Position numbers and translations under genes: made by a program | Shown here: positions 29,694-38,429 of the stretch, piece after piece | Position numbering within the stretch: position 1 is the first letter of the stretch | Layout of the letters: each line of letters starts with the position of its first letter | The notes under the pieces: generated by a model | Told to the model about the DNA's origin: nothing | The model's database searches: none | The model's input: the letters and a program-made list of their open reading frames with translations, nothing else | DNA from: a virus | Lineage: Duplodnaviria; Heunggongvirae; Uroviricota; Caudoviricetes | Virus record (IMG/VR): IMGVR_UViG_3300033068_001916 | Strand: one strand, 5' to 3' | Length of the DNA stretch: 64,000 nt

Positions 29694-29992
29694 GGGGTCT
29701 TATTAAAAAGGATTGCGATAAATGGTATGTTGTTTCATGTTGTGGAAAATGTAATGGAATAGATGAGGTATGCCATAAATCGCTACATCAGATACACGAA
29801 TTAGACGAAAAAGATATCGAACTCATATATGAATATTCCGGAAGGAACGATTCGGATTTATGGGTGATGTATACACTCGAACCATTCAATACAGGACATC
29901 CTGCATATACAAATTATGCAAGAATTTCGATTGAGGATAAACCCCCGGTCTTTATGACACTTAGTGAATTAGATAATTTAATAGATTTTTAA
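29687..29992 (+). CDS. hypothetical Cys-rich protein
   Basis: ORF. Confidence 0.4.
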   Translation: MLRGLIKKDCDKWYVVSCCGKCNGIDEVCHKSLHQIHELDEKDIELIYEYSGRNDSDLWVMYTLEPFNTGHPAYTNYARISIEDKPPVFMTLSELDNLIDF

Positions 29993-30325
29993 ATGAGTAA
30001 AATAATTTATCTGGCATCGCCATATAGCAATCCGGACGATGACAAGAGACACAGAAACTTTGAGAAGGTATCAAAAATAGCTGCAGATTTATGTGCGGAA
30101 GGTCACGTAGCCTTCTCACCCATAACATACGGTCACACGCTACTCAATTACAAATTGATGCCAACCGACTGGCCATTCTGGAAAAACTTCTGTTTATCAT
30201 TTTTAGATAAATGTGATGAGCTACATATCTGCAAGATTGAAGGTTGGAATCAATCAAGAGGAGTTGCAGAAGAGATAGAATATGCTATCCAGAAGGGGAT
30301 ACAAATAAAATATATTGATTGTTAA
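29993..30325 (+). CDS. nucleoside 2-deoxyribosyltransferase-like (DUF1937/Rcl-like) protein
   Basis: N-terminal IIYLASPYS resembles the YLAGP motif of the NDT/Rcl fold; an acidic residue follows in EEIEYAI. Confidence 0.45.
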   Translation: MSKIIYLASPYSNPDDDKRHRNFEKVSKIAADLCAEGHVAFSPITYGHTLLNYKLMPTDWPFWKNFCLSFLDKCDELHICKIEGWNQSRGVAEEIEYAIQKGIQIKYIDC

Positions 30326-30332
30326 TTAAAAA

Positions 30333-30364
30333 TTTCCGAATAAAATTTTTTTATTCGGAAATTT
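30333..30364 (+). terminator. intrinsic terminator whose 3' stem arm is the promoter upstream element
   Basis: Perfect 13-bp inverted repeat tttccgaataaaa/ttttattcggaaa with a T-rich loop. Confidence 0.5.
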
Positions 30365-30376
30365 TGTTTATATTTG
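30346..30376 (+). promoter_or_regulatory. conserved phage promoter
   Basis: tttttttattcggaaa ... TATATTTG at 30369-30376. Confidence 0.55.
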
Positions 30377-30394
30377 CCTCATAATTAAAAGGAA

Positions 30395-30958
30395 ATGAAA
30401 AAAGCAATACTTTTTATTGGCCTACCTGGATCAGGGAAAACAACTATAGTAAATAGGGATTATTCCGAGGAATATACCGTAGTTTCTGCTGACAATATTA
30501 AACAGGGACATCCCGACTACGATCCTAATGATCCTGAACCACTTCATCAATGGAGCGTAAAGGAAGCAGAGAATCAAATGAATATTCTATCCGACCTTGG
30601 ATATTCCATCTGCATGGATTCTGGAGGTGTTAATAACTCATACTCTCTTAGAATAATCTCTATGCTAAAAACCAAAGGTTATCATATAACATTAGTTTAT
30701 GTTGAAACACCTCTGGAAATATGCTTAGAAAGAAACAAAAAAAGGGAAAGAAAAGTTCCAGAGCAAGCTATAATAGAGAAATCTAAAATGCTAGAGTCAT
30801 GTCTGGAAAAACAAAAATCAGTAGCTGATGATTATTTACATATACAATATAGAGAGAGTAAAAAATATTCATTCCCTTCTTTATCTATAGCAGGTAAATA
30901 CATCAGATCGATAATTCATCCAAGAAACAGGGAATTAATTTATAATCAGCAAATATAA
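30395..30958 (+). CDS. polynucleotide 5'-kinase (T4 Pnk kinase-domain-like P-loop kinase)
   Basis: AILFIGLPGSGKTTIVNRDY versus T4 Pnk IILTIGCPGSGKSTWAREF; ERNKKRERKVPEQAI versus KRNSKRGTKAVPIDV. Confidence 0.55.
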   Translation: MKKAILFIGLPGSGKTTIVNRDYSEEYTVVSADNIKQGHPDYDPNDPEPLHQWSVKEAENQMNILSDLGYSICMDSGGVNNSYSLRIISMLKTKGYHITLVYVETPLEICLERNKKRERKVPEQAIIEKSKMLESCLEKQKSVADDYLHIQYRESKKYSFPSLSIAGKYIRSIIHPRNRELIYNQQI

Positions 30959-30960
30959 AC

Positions 30961-31353
30961 ATGTCAACAACAATTTCTTTAATTTATTCACTATTATTAG
31001 CAATAGGAGGTTTCATTTTCATTTTTGGACTTTCCACATTTCTAACACTCAGAAAAAACTATTCATCATATAAATTAACATATGATGCTCTATTAAATGG
31101 CGATTATGTCTACAACGAATACCTTAGCAAGGGAAGCGATATCATCTATTTTAGAAAACCAGGTGATGATAAATTCAATGATGATGAAATAATATTCTTC
31201 GAAAATGGAAATGGATCAATAAAGCTACTTGGTAAAAATAAATACATTCATGATGCATCTTTCACGTATCTGGATCCATATACTCTTTATTGGAAAAAGA
31301 AGATTAGAAAAATAATGAATCAAAAACAAAACAATAATATAAAATCACTTTAA
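30961..31353 (+). CDS. membrane-anchored hypothetical protein
   Basis: N-terminal TM segment; paralogous to the next gene (YIHDASFTYLDPYTLYWKKK versus YIHSGILSMDPYTFYYRRK). Confidence 0.5.
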   Translation: MSTTISLIYSLLLAIGGFIFIFGLSTFLTLRKNYSSYKLTYDALLNGDYVYNEYLSKGSDIIYFRKPGDDKFNDDEIIFFENGNGSIKLLGKNKYIHDASFTYLDPYTLYWKKKIRKIMNQKQNNNIKSL

Positions 31354-31354
31354 T

Positions 31355-31822
31355 ATGGCATTAGTAACAGCAATAATAATCAGCACAGCATTTACATTTC
31401 TATTAATGGTCCTAATAGGATCATTATTGAATTGTAGAAAGTTCCCTAAATACAAAGAAAATTACGATCTTCTTACCAGCGGTGAATATAAATTCAACTG
31501 GAAATCATCTGGATTCTATTACTTCTCAAGAAAAGATCTTGTTGGTAAATTTTCAAGCATCTCAAAATTCTCAAACTTATCTTTTGTTTTTATGTACAAT
31601 GATGGTGACGAGAACGGGGATATAGGTTCAATAAGATTACCGGGTGATGATATGAATTATATCCACAGTGGAATACTTTCCATGGATCCCTACACCTTTT
31701 ACTACAGAAGAAAATTCATAAAATGGTTCAAAGATAATAAATCAACATTCATTGATAGAACCCCGAATTTTGAAATGACCGACGAAGAATTAGAAGAAAT
31801 CGAACAAAACTTAAACAATTAA
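31355..31822 (+). CDS. membrane-anchored hypothetical protein (paralog of 30961..31353)
   Basis: Shared N-terminal TM segment and C-terminal motif. Confidence 0.5.
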   Translation: MALVTAIIISTAFTFLLMVLIGSLLNCRKFPKYKENYDLLTSGEYKFNWKSSGFYYFSRKDLVGKFSSISKFSNLSFVFMYNDGDENGDIGSIRLPGDDMNYIHSGILSMDPYTFYYRRKFIKWFKDNKSTFIDRTPNFEMTDEELEEIEQNLNN

Positions 31823-31827
31823 TAAAA

Positions 31828-33498
31828 ATGGAAAAATTAAACAAGACTTTTAAAATCAATCCCCTTTACGAATCGGATGGTTATAAGGTTGGACACAAAG
31901 CAATGTTAGCTGAAAATACATCGGTTGAATATTGGACTTGGATCCCTAGAAGCATAAAATATATGCACCCATCGATTGATGGCATTATGTCAGCCGGTGA
32001 ACAATTGGTATGGAGATACATTCACAGTAGTTTCCAGGAGTTATTCTTTGACCAACCAGTTGAAATGGCAGAAAAATTTGGTAGAGATATGTCCAAGTAT
32101 TTAATGATGGATTATGATGCTAATCACTTCTCTGAATTACATAAACTTGGTTATCTTCCGGTTAGAATCAAGGCTATACCAGAAGGGACATTCACAAAAC
32201 CAAACATTCCACACATGACAGGGATCAACACTGTTGATGGCTATGCTTGGCTTGGGCTTTATTTGGAAACGTTGGTATCTAAATTGGCTTGGCAATTACC
32301 TACAGCTGCTACTATTGCTCACAGATTCAAACAGAATGCTGTTGAGTGGGTTACCAAAACAGATCCAGAAAATCTTTGGTTAGCTGATTTTATGTGTCAC
32401 GATTTCCACAGCAGAGGTGGAAATCCATTCACATCAATCGCAGTTGGACTAGGACACGCAATGAGTAACTCAGGTAGTGACACATTAAACGTTATCCCAG
32501 CATCGAGATACTACTATGATTTCGACGAAAACGAAGTTCCAGTTTATAGCGTTAATGCTTCTGAACATAGTGTGACATGTACAGGTATTTTCTTCTACGA
32601 GAAAAAATTAAGAGGCGGTTTATTAAACCATGAAATTCTAAAATACTACCAATCTGACGCTACATCTGAAGGATCGGTTGACGCTCCAGATTACTTGGCA
32701 ATTGCGGAATTGCTTAATCTTCGTGATTGGCTTAAAAAATTCCCTAAAGGTATTCTTTCAGTGGTTTCGGACACAATGGATTTATGGAAAGTTATCACAC
32801 ATATTCTACCAAGGCTTAAAGAAGAAATTCTTGCTAGAGATGGTAAATTGGTAATTCGTCCTGATTCAGGAGATCCAGTAGATATTATCTGTGGTAAATA
32901 TCCAACATTTGGAGATGGATTTACATGCGAGGATAAAGGTGTTATTGAATTACTTTGGGATCTTTTCGGAGGCGAAGAAACTTCAACAGGGTACAAAAGA
33001 TTAGATTCACACATCGGAGCAATCTATGGGGATTCGATCAATCTAGAAAGACAAATTGCTATTTATACAAGATTAGCAGATAAAGGTTTTGCATCTACCA
33101 ATATCGTGGTTGGAGTTGGATCTTACACATATGTTATGTTAACAAGAGACTCTGCTGGATACGCAGCTAAAGGAGCTTGGTTCTCAACTAAAGAATTTGC
33201 AGGTGTTGATCCAGACGGTCAAACTGATTATACTATCACTGAGTACAATATCTATAAAGATCCCGTAACCGATAATGGTACTAAAAAATCATTAAAAGGT
33301 TTCTGCCAGGTATTCAATAACAGACCAGATGCTTTACCTTATGAGATTAAGTATGACGGGAAAGATCAATTGGAGGTAAATACCGAATGTACTAAAGAAC
33401 AGGAAGATGGTGGATTATTACAGCTAATCTATGAGGATGGCAAATTCCACAATCAGGCGAGTCTAACTGAGATTAGAGAACGTTTGAAAGTTCAATAA
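31828..33498 (+). CDS. nadV: nicotinamide phosphoribosyltransferase (NAMPT/NadV family; could be a NARP1 Namat-type enzyme)
   Basis: DGYKVGH versus DSYKVTH; HDFHSRGGNPFTS..SGSDTL versus HDFGYRG....KGTDTV; LVIRPDSGDP is the classic PRTase block. Length is 556 aa. Confidence 0.8.
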   Translation: MEKLNKTFKINPLYESDGYKVGHKAMLAENTSVEYWTWIPRSIKYMHPSIDGIMSAGEQLVWRYIHSSFQELFFDQPVEMAEKFGRDMSKYLMMDYDANHFSELHKLGYLPVRIKAIPEGTFTKPNIPHMTGINTVDGYAWLGLYLETLVSKLAWQLPTAATIAHRFKQNAVEWVTKTDPENLWLADFMCHDFHSRGGNPFTSIAVGLGHAMSNSGSDTLNVIPASRYYYDFDENEVPVYSVNASEHSVTCTGIFFYEKKLRGGLLNHEILKYYQSDATSEGSVDAPDYLAIAELLNLRDWLKKFPKGILSVVSDTMDLWKVITHILPRLKEEILARDGKLVIRPDSGDPVDIICGKYPTFGDGFTCEDKGVIELLWDLFGGEETSTGYKRLDSHIGAIYGDSINLERQIAIYTRLADKGFASTNIVVGVGSYTYVMLTRDSAGYAAKGAWFSTKEFAGVDPDGQTDYTITEYNIYKDPVTDNGTKKSLKGFCQVFNNRPDALPYEIKYDGKDQLEVNTECTKEQEDGGLLQLIYEDGKFHNQASLTEIRERLKVQ

Positions 33499-33521
33499 TA
33501 CATCGAAATATAAATTAAAAA

Positions 33522-33551
33522 AATCCTGAATATATCATTCAGGATTTTTTT
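33522..33551 (+). terminator. intrinsic terminator
   Basis: Hairpin aatcctgaa-tatatcat-tcaggatt followed by T8. Confidence 0.65.
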
Positions 33552-33576
33552 TATTCGAAAGAATTTTATATATTTG
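33547..33576 (+). promoter_or_regulatory. conserved phage promoter
   Basis: ttttttttattcgaaag ... TATATTTG at 33569-33576. Confidence 0.55.
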
Positions 33577-33594
33577 TGGAATAAAGAAATGTAA

Positions 33595-34002
33595 ATGTAC
33601 GAAGAGATAATAAAGCTACAGACAGCTAAATTAGCCGCTGAGAAGGGATTCAATATAAGACAGTACCAATACTTCGATACCAATGGAGAATTAGTAGAAC
33701 TCTATTCATGCTATTGTGATGATAGGGATGTTAATATATGTAGCTGTGGTGCAGAGGACATATATGATGCAGGGGAAAATGCAATACAAGCACCAACACA
33801 GTCACTACTTCAGAAATGGCTCAGAGAACAGAGAACACCAATAATAGTTACAGCAACCACTGATTTCGTAGCATGGGAGGTTCAAATACAACATCCTGAT
33901 AAGGGTCTATTTACAATAACTAAGAATTCTGAAGATAGATGGTTCAATTCATATGAGGAGGCTATGGAGGAAGGTTTAATTGAAGCACTAAAATTGATAT
34001 AA
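33595..34002 (+). CDS. paralog family A protein
   Basis: LQTAKLAAEKGFNI ... APTQSLLQKWLREQRTPIIV. Confidence 0.5.
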   Translation: MYEEIIKLQTAKLAAEKGFNIRQYQYFDTNGELVELYSCYCDDRDVNICSCGAEDIYDAGENAIQAPTQSLLQKWLREQRTPIIVTATTDFVAWEVQIQHPDKGLFTITKNSEDRWFNSYEEAMEEGLIEALKLI

Positions 34003-34409
34003 TGAGAGATGATGTAATATTATTAGATACCGCTAAATTAGCAAGGGATAAAGGATTTAAGATACCATGTGACGCAAGGTATTATTGGGATTATAAATGG
34101 CAACTTTCCCTAATGGGAGCAGTAAAATGCACGAACAGTGGTGATTTGAAGGACGGGGAAAATGTTAGCTATTGCGCACCAACGCAATCACTAATTCAAA
34201 AATGGCTAAGGGATGAACATAAAATATATGTTACGGTTTCTTCAATAGAGTACGGCGAATCCATCATTTTTGACTATTCGATAAAACAAAAAGCACAGAT
34301 CTTCGGGTTTTCTGATATTCAATCAAAAATACAGGAATTTAAAACATACGAAGAAGCATTAGAGGCTGGAATAATAAAGGCACTTAATTTAATAAAATCA
34401 AAAAAATAA
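34002..34409 (+). CDS. paralog family A protein
   Basis: LDTAKLARDKGFKI ... APTQSLIQKWLRDEHKIYV. Confidence 0.5.
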   Translation: MRDDVILLDTAKLARDKGFKIPCDARYYWDYKWQLSLMGAVKCTNSGDLKDGENVSYCAPTQSLIQKWLRDEHKIYVTVSSIEYGESIIFDYSIKQKAQIFGFSDIQSKIQEFKTYEEALEAGIIKALNLIKSKK

Positions 34410-35407
34410 TGGGAAGTTTTTACACACTGTGTTCGATCACAAATCAGACTATTGTCGATGGTCAAGAGCTAATGGTTCAATTCATGATTCCAAGAAAAAC
34501 GCCGGAGGATAGCGGTGGATTATTAGTAAAAATGTTCATAGAGAGCACCAAGAAAAATGGCGTCGATGAAGCAGTAAAATCTTGGGAACAGAGCACAAAA
34601 AACTGGGGTAATAGAATGGAACATAAGGGAATGGAGGTTAGCAACGACGGAGCTACCTCTGACTATATTCCATTCGGTCCAGCAATCAGAGGTAAGTACA
34701 ACGATTGTGGAGACGTGGTTCCTTGCGACGATGGGGAAACTCAAAAGAGAGTTAAATTAATGGAAGGTATATTCTGTGGAATTCCATTTTCAAGTTTAAT
34801 GGACTTGTCAACTGATGACAGATGGTACACATATGGAATGAATGATGATGATAAAATGTGGAAGCTTAAAGGAGTTGATGATAAGTTACCTAGTTTTATA
34901 TTGGATTTGTGTAAGACTTTGACAGTTACGTATATTCATGCTCCAGTATACGATGCCCTAGTAGATCCTGAGTTTTCTCCTGAGGGAAGAAAAGACAGCT
35001 ATGAAAAGAAATGGCAGGAGGAGTATATCGAAAATATAAGAAAAGGAGTAGCTTCGATAATCAAAGTTGGTGAGGGTGACAGAGAGGATGAGGAATTCTC
35101 AGAAAAATTAATTCTTACGTATAGAAGATCGAAAATTTATTTTCTAGAACGAATGAGCGAGAAATTTTCATTGACCTTATTTGCTTCGTGCTTAAGAGAG
35201 GGGACTGACTTTGAATGGCTAATAGAGACATCCAGATTCTTATCGTCGATGAGCGGGATGTGTTTTAAATTACAAAGATCACAGTACGGATCTCAACACT
35301 TCAATTGGGAAGGATGGAAAAAAATAATCGGATCTTTGGAACCATCGATAGCTGAGATGAAATCTCATTACGGCTATGATGAAGACGAGGACGAAGATGA
35401 TATATAG
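34409..35407 (+). CDS. hypothetical protein
   Basis: 332-aa ORF. Confidence 0.5.
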   Translation: MGSFYTLCSITNQTIVDGQELMVQFMIPRKTPEDSGGLLVKMFIESTKKNGVDEAVKSWEQSTKNWGNRMEHKGMEVSNDGATSDYIPFGPAIRGKYNDCGDVVPCDDGETQKRVKLMEGIFCGIPFSSLMDLSTDDRWYTYGMNDDDKMWKLKGVDDKLPSFILDLCKTLTVTYIHAPVYDALVDPEFSPEGRKDSYEKKWQEEYIENIRKGVASIIKVGEGDREDEEFSEKLILTYRRSKIYFLERMSEKFSLTLFASCLREGTDFEWLIETSRFLSSMSGMCFKLQRSQYGSQHFNWEGWKKIIGSLEPSIAEMKSHYGYDEDEDEDDI

Positions 35408-35424
35408 TTAAATTAAATAAACTG

Positions 35425-36171
35425 ATGAGTATATACAACGAAATTTATGGGCTATGTGAAGCCAAAAATTTAGGACCTATTTTCGTTAACGGAAAGGATC
35501 TTACACCAAGGCTGGAGTTCATAGTTAACCTTTTGGATAAGGAGGGAATAGAATATGAAATTGACAGATTCCCTGTTAATGATACAACCGACGGGTTCAA
35601 CGTCAATCTAATTGGTAATTCAAATCAATTTGTTGTAGCACATCATGATATAGTTAATCCAAAATCTGACAATGCAAACGATAATAGTTGTTCAGTTATC
35701 AATGCAATAGCCCTTAAGAAATTGGTTCCAAGTATAAATGTATCAATACTCGACGGAGAGGAATATGGAGGATTTGGATCACAGCATCTAAGTGAAAGAA
35801 TAAATGCAGGTGACTTTGGTGATATTAAATGGGTTCTTAATTTTGAACTAACTGGTAGAGGCGGGGAAGATTTCTTTCTTGGAGACTACCCAGGGCCATT
35901 AACCGATCATATACAATCGATGTTCGATTGTCCAATAGTTAGAACGCCATTCAATGATTCTGTTATTTTTAGAAAAAATGGAATCGACTCAGTTGTTATA
36001 AATCCATTACCACCGACTGAAGAAAAAACCCCAGTCGTTTGCTCTGATGGAACATTCTTGGATTTCAAAATACTTTTTCTGTGTCACAGCATGGAAGATT
36101 CAGTGGACAAAATATCTACCGATGATATGAAGGCATTCGTTGAGAATGTAGCAGCAAAAATAATAGCATAA
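35425..36171 (+). CDS. hypothetical protein (possible metallohydrolase)
   Basis: ORF with a VVAHHDIV segment. Confidence 0.45.
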   Translation: MSIYNEIYGLCEAKNLGPIFVNGKDLTPRLEFIVNLLDKEGIEYEIDRFPVNDTTDGFNVNLIGNSNQFVVAHHDIVNPKSDNANDNSCSVINAIALKKLVPSINVSILDGEEYGGFGSQHLSERINAGDFGDIKWVLNFELTGRGGEDFFLGDYPGPLTDHIQSMFDCPIVRTPFNDSVIFRKNGIDSVVINPLPPTEEKTPVVCSDGTFLDFKILFLCHSMEDSVDKISTDDMKAFVENVAAKIIA

Positions 36172-36172
36172 A

Positions 36173-36313
36173 ATGAAAACTTTCGAGAATATAAAAACTT
36201 TCAAATCATTCATAAGCAATATAGATGAGGATGAGGAATTCCCTAAAAAAATAAGGATTAAAAGGCCTAGGGAAAAGAAAATAATAACGATTCCAAACTG
36301 GGGAACATACTAA
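36173..36313 (+). CDS. small hypothetical protein
   Basis: Unlisted 46-codon ORF before a terminator. Confidence 0.25.
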   Translation: MKTFENIKTFKSFISNIDEDEEFPKKIRIKRPREKKIITIPNWGTY

Positions 36314-36337
36314 TAAAAAAATCCGGATTTATCCGGA
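36306..36337 (+). terminator. intrinsic terminator
   Basis: Hairpin atccggatt-tatccggat followed by T9. Confidence 0.65.
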
Positions 36338-36344
36338 TTTTTTT

Positions 36345-36375
36345 TGTGATTTATTTTTTTATTTCGAAATGATTC
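36345..36375 (+). promoter_or_regulatory. conserved phage promoter
   Basis: tttttttatttcgaaat ... TATATTTG at 36368-36375. Confidence 0.55.
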
Positions 36376-36418
36376 CATATATTTGCATTCAATAATATTA
36401 ACAATTAATAATTAAAAA

Positions 36419-38338
36419 ATGAAGGAACAAATTGCACATTTATTAGTTTATGCTTGGTGGATCATTCCAATTTTAGCAATACTATTTTACAAATTTACTC
36501 TCCGAATGTTTTTCGGGATGGTGATTATACCAGAGGATAAAATTGGTCTAGTTACCAAAAAATTCGTACTTTTCGGGTCAAACAAAACACTTCCGGACGG
36601 TAAGATCATTGCTCTTAATGGGGAACCTGGATTTCAAGCAGACACATTAGCACCAGGTTTATATTGGGGTTACTGGGCTTGGCAATACACGATTGACCAG
36701 TCACCTCTAGTAGTTATCGGAAAGGGAAAAATTGGTTTAATTACAGCTAAGGACGGTGCTCAATTACCAACAGGTTCCATTCTTGCCAGACACGTCGATA
36801 GCGATAACTATCAATCAGCCAGAGATTTCTTAGCAAATGGTGGACAACGAGGTAAGCAAGTAGGGTATCTTAATAACGGTGTATATCGTATAAATAGGCA
36901 TTTATTTGAAATCTATGATGCTGATATCACTTATATTGAAGATGGAATGGTTGGTGTAGTAACAGCATTAGATGGTACGCCACTTACTTTAGGCTCAATT
37001 GCAGGATCTGTTGTTGATGGACACAATAACTTCCAAGACTTTGATAAATTCTTAGAGAATGGCGGGCAAAGGGGTCTTCAGGTTCAGGTTATCCAAGCAG
37101 GTTCATATTCAATCAATCCATGGGCTATAGAGATAGAAAAACAAGAAATGACACAGATCCCAATTGGACACGTAGGTGTTGTTATTTCTTATGTTGGTGA
37201 CGAAGGTGAGGATACAACAGGAGAAACATTTAAGCACGGTAACATCGTTAAAAAAGGACAAAAAGGAGTTTGTATAACACCATTGGATCCGGGTAAATAT
37301 GCGATTAATCCATACACACAAAAAATCGAGATAGTCCCAACTACAAATTTAGTTCTTAACTGGGCGAATGCAAGATCGGAGTCACATAATTTAGATAAGA
37401 ATTTAAGTACCATTACTGTTAGATCTAAGGATGGATTCCCATTCAATCTTGACGTATCTCAGATCATACACATTCCTTCGACAGAGGCACCTAAGGTTAT
37501 TGCCAGATTTGGATCAATGTCAAATCTAGTATCACAGGTATTGGAGCCAACCATCGGCAACTATTTCCGTAACTCTGCTCAGGATTCTGATGTTATTGCG
37601 TTCTTATCAACAAGACAGCAACGTCAAAATGCAGCTAAAGAAAACATCGCTAAAGTTCTTGACGAGTACAACGTACATGCAGTAGATACATTAATTGGTG
37701 ACATCGTTCCACCAGAATCATTAATGAAAACTCTAACCGATCGTAAGATTGCTCAGGAGGAAGAGGTAACGTTCGAGACCCAGAAAAAAGCACAGGATCA
37801 GCGTAAAACACTAGAATCAGCTAAAGCTTTAGCTAATATGCAAGGTGAAATGGTAAGTGCACAACAATCGGTTGAGATCTCACAAAGAAAAGCGGAAGCT
37901 GAGGTTAAGAGATCTGAAGGGGAAGCAAAAGCAATCGAGATTAAAGCTGGAGCAGATGCGAAAGCTAAAGAGTTGATGGCAAAAGCTGATGCAACACAGA
38001 TCAAATTAACCGGGGAAGCTGAAGCGTCTAAGATTGAAGCAATTGGTAAGGCAACAGCAGAAGCTTACGAGAAACAAGTTAAAGCGATGGGTGCTGATAA
38101 CTTTGGACAATTAAAAGTTGTTGAGTCTATCGGTGTTAATAAGATCAAAATCATTCCTGATGTTCTTATCAGCGGAGATAATGGATCTGGTGGACCTATC
38201 TCAGGATTGCTTGGAATGGAGTTATTAAATCAGGTTAATGCTAAGAAAGCAGAAGCAGCAGCTAATGCAATCAGCGAAGGACCAGATTTTACGAACACCC
38301 AAGAAAAATCGGAAGGACCTAGAAAAGGTAATAAGTAA
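36419..38338 (+). CDS. flotillin/SPFH (band-7, YqiK-like) membrane protein
   Basis: N-terminal TM segment. C-terminal Ala/Glu/Lys-rich repeats (AEAEVKRSEGEAKAIEIKAGADAKAKELMAKADA...) are typical of the flotillin tail. Length is 639 aa. Confidence 0.6.
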   Translation: MKEQIAHLLVYAWWIIPILAILFYKFTLRMFFGMVIIPEDKIGLVTKKFVLFGSNKTLPDGKIIALNGEPGFQADTLAPGLYWGYWAWQYTIDQSPLVVIGKGKIGLITAKDGAQLPTGSILARHVDSDNYQSARDFLANGGQRGKQVGYLNNGVYRINRHLFEIYDADITYIEDGMVGVVTALDGTPLTLGSIAGSVVDGHNNFQDFDKFLENGGQRGLQVQVIQAGSYSINPWAIEIEKQEMTQIPIGHVGVVISYVGDEGEDTTGETFKHGNIVKKGQKGVCITPLDPGKYAINPYTQKIEIVPTTNLVLNWANARSESHNLDKNLSTITVRSKDGFPFNLDVSQIIHIPSTEAPKVIARFGSMSNLVSQVLEPTIGNYFRNSAQDSDVIAFLSTRQQRQNAAKENIAKVLDEYNVHAVDTLIGDIVPPESLMKTLTDRKIAQEEEVTFETQKKAQDQRKTLESAKALANMQGEMVSAQQSVEISQRKAEAEVKRSEGEAKAIEIKAGADAKAKELMAKADATQIKLTGEAEASKIEAIGKATAEAYEKQVKAMGADNFGQLKVVESIGVNKIKIIPDVLISGDNGSGGPISGLLGMELLNQVNAKKAEAAANAISEGPDFTNTQEKSEGPRKGNK

Positions 38339-38355
38339 TTCATTAGAATTTATTC

Positions 38356-38385
38356 AAAACCCGTGATTTATCACGGGTTTTTTTG
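38356..38385 (+). terminator. intrinsic terminator
   Basis: Hairpin aaacccgtga-ttta-tcacgggttt followed by T-run. Confidence 0.65.
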
Positions 38386-38429
38386 TGAAACAAAATAGCT
38401 TTGATGTGTATAAATTCTAAAGAATTAAC

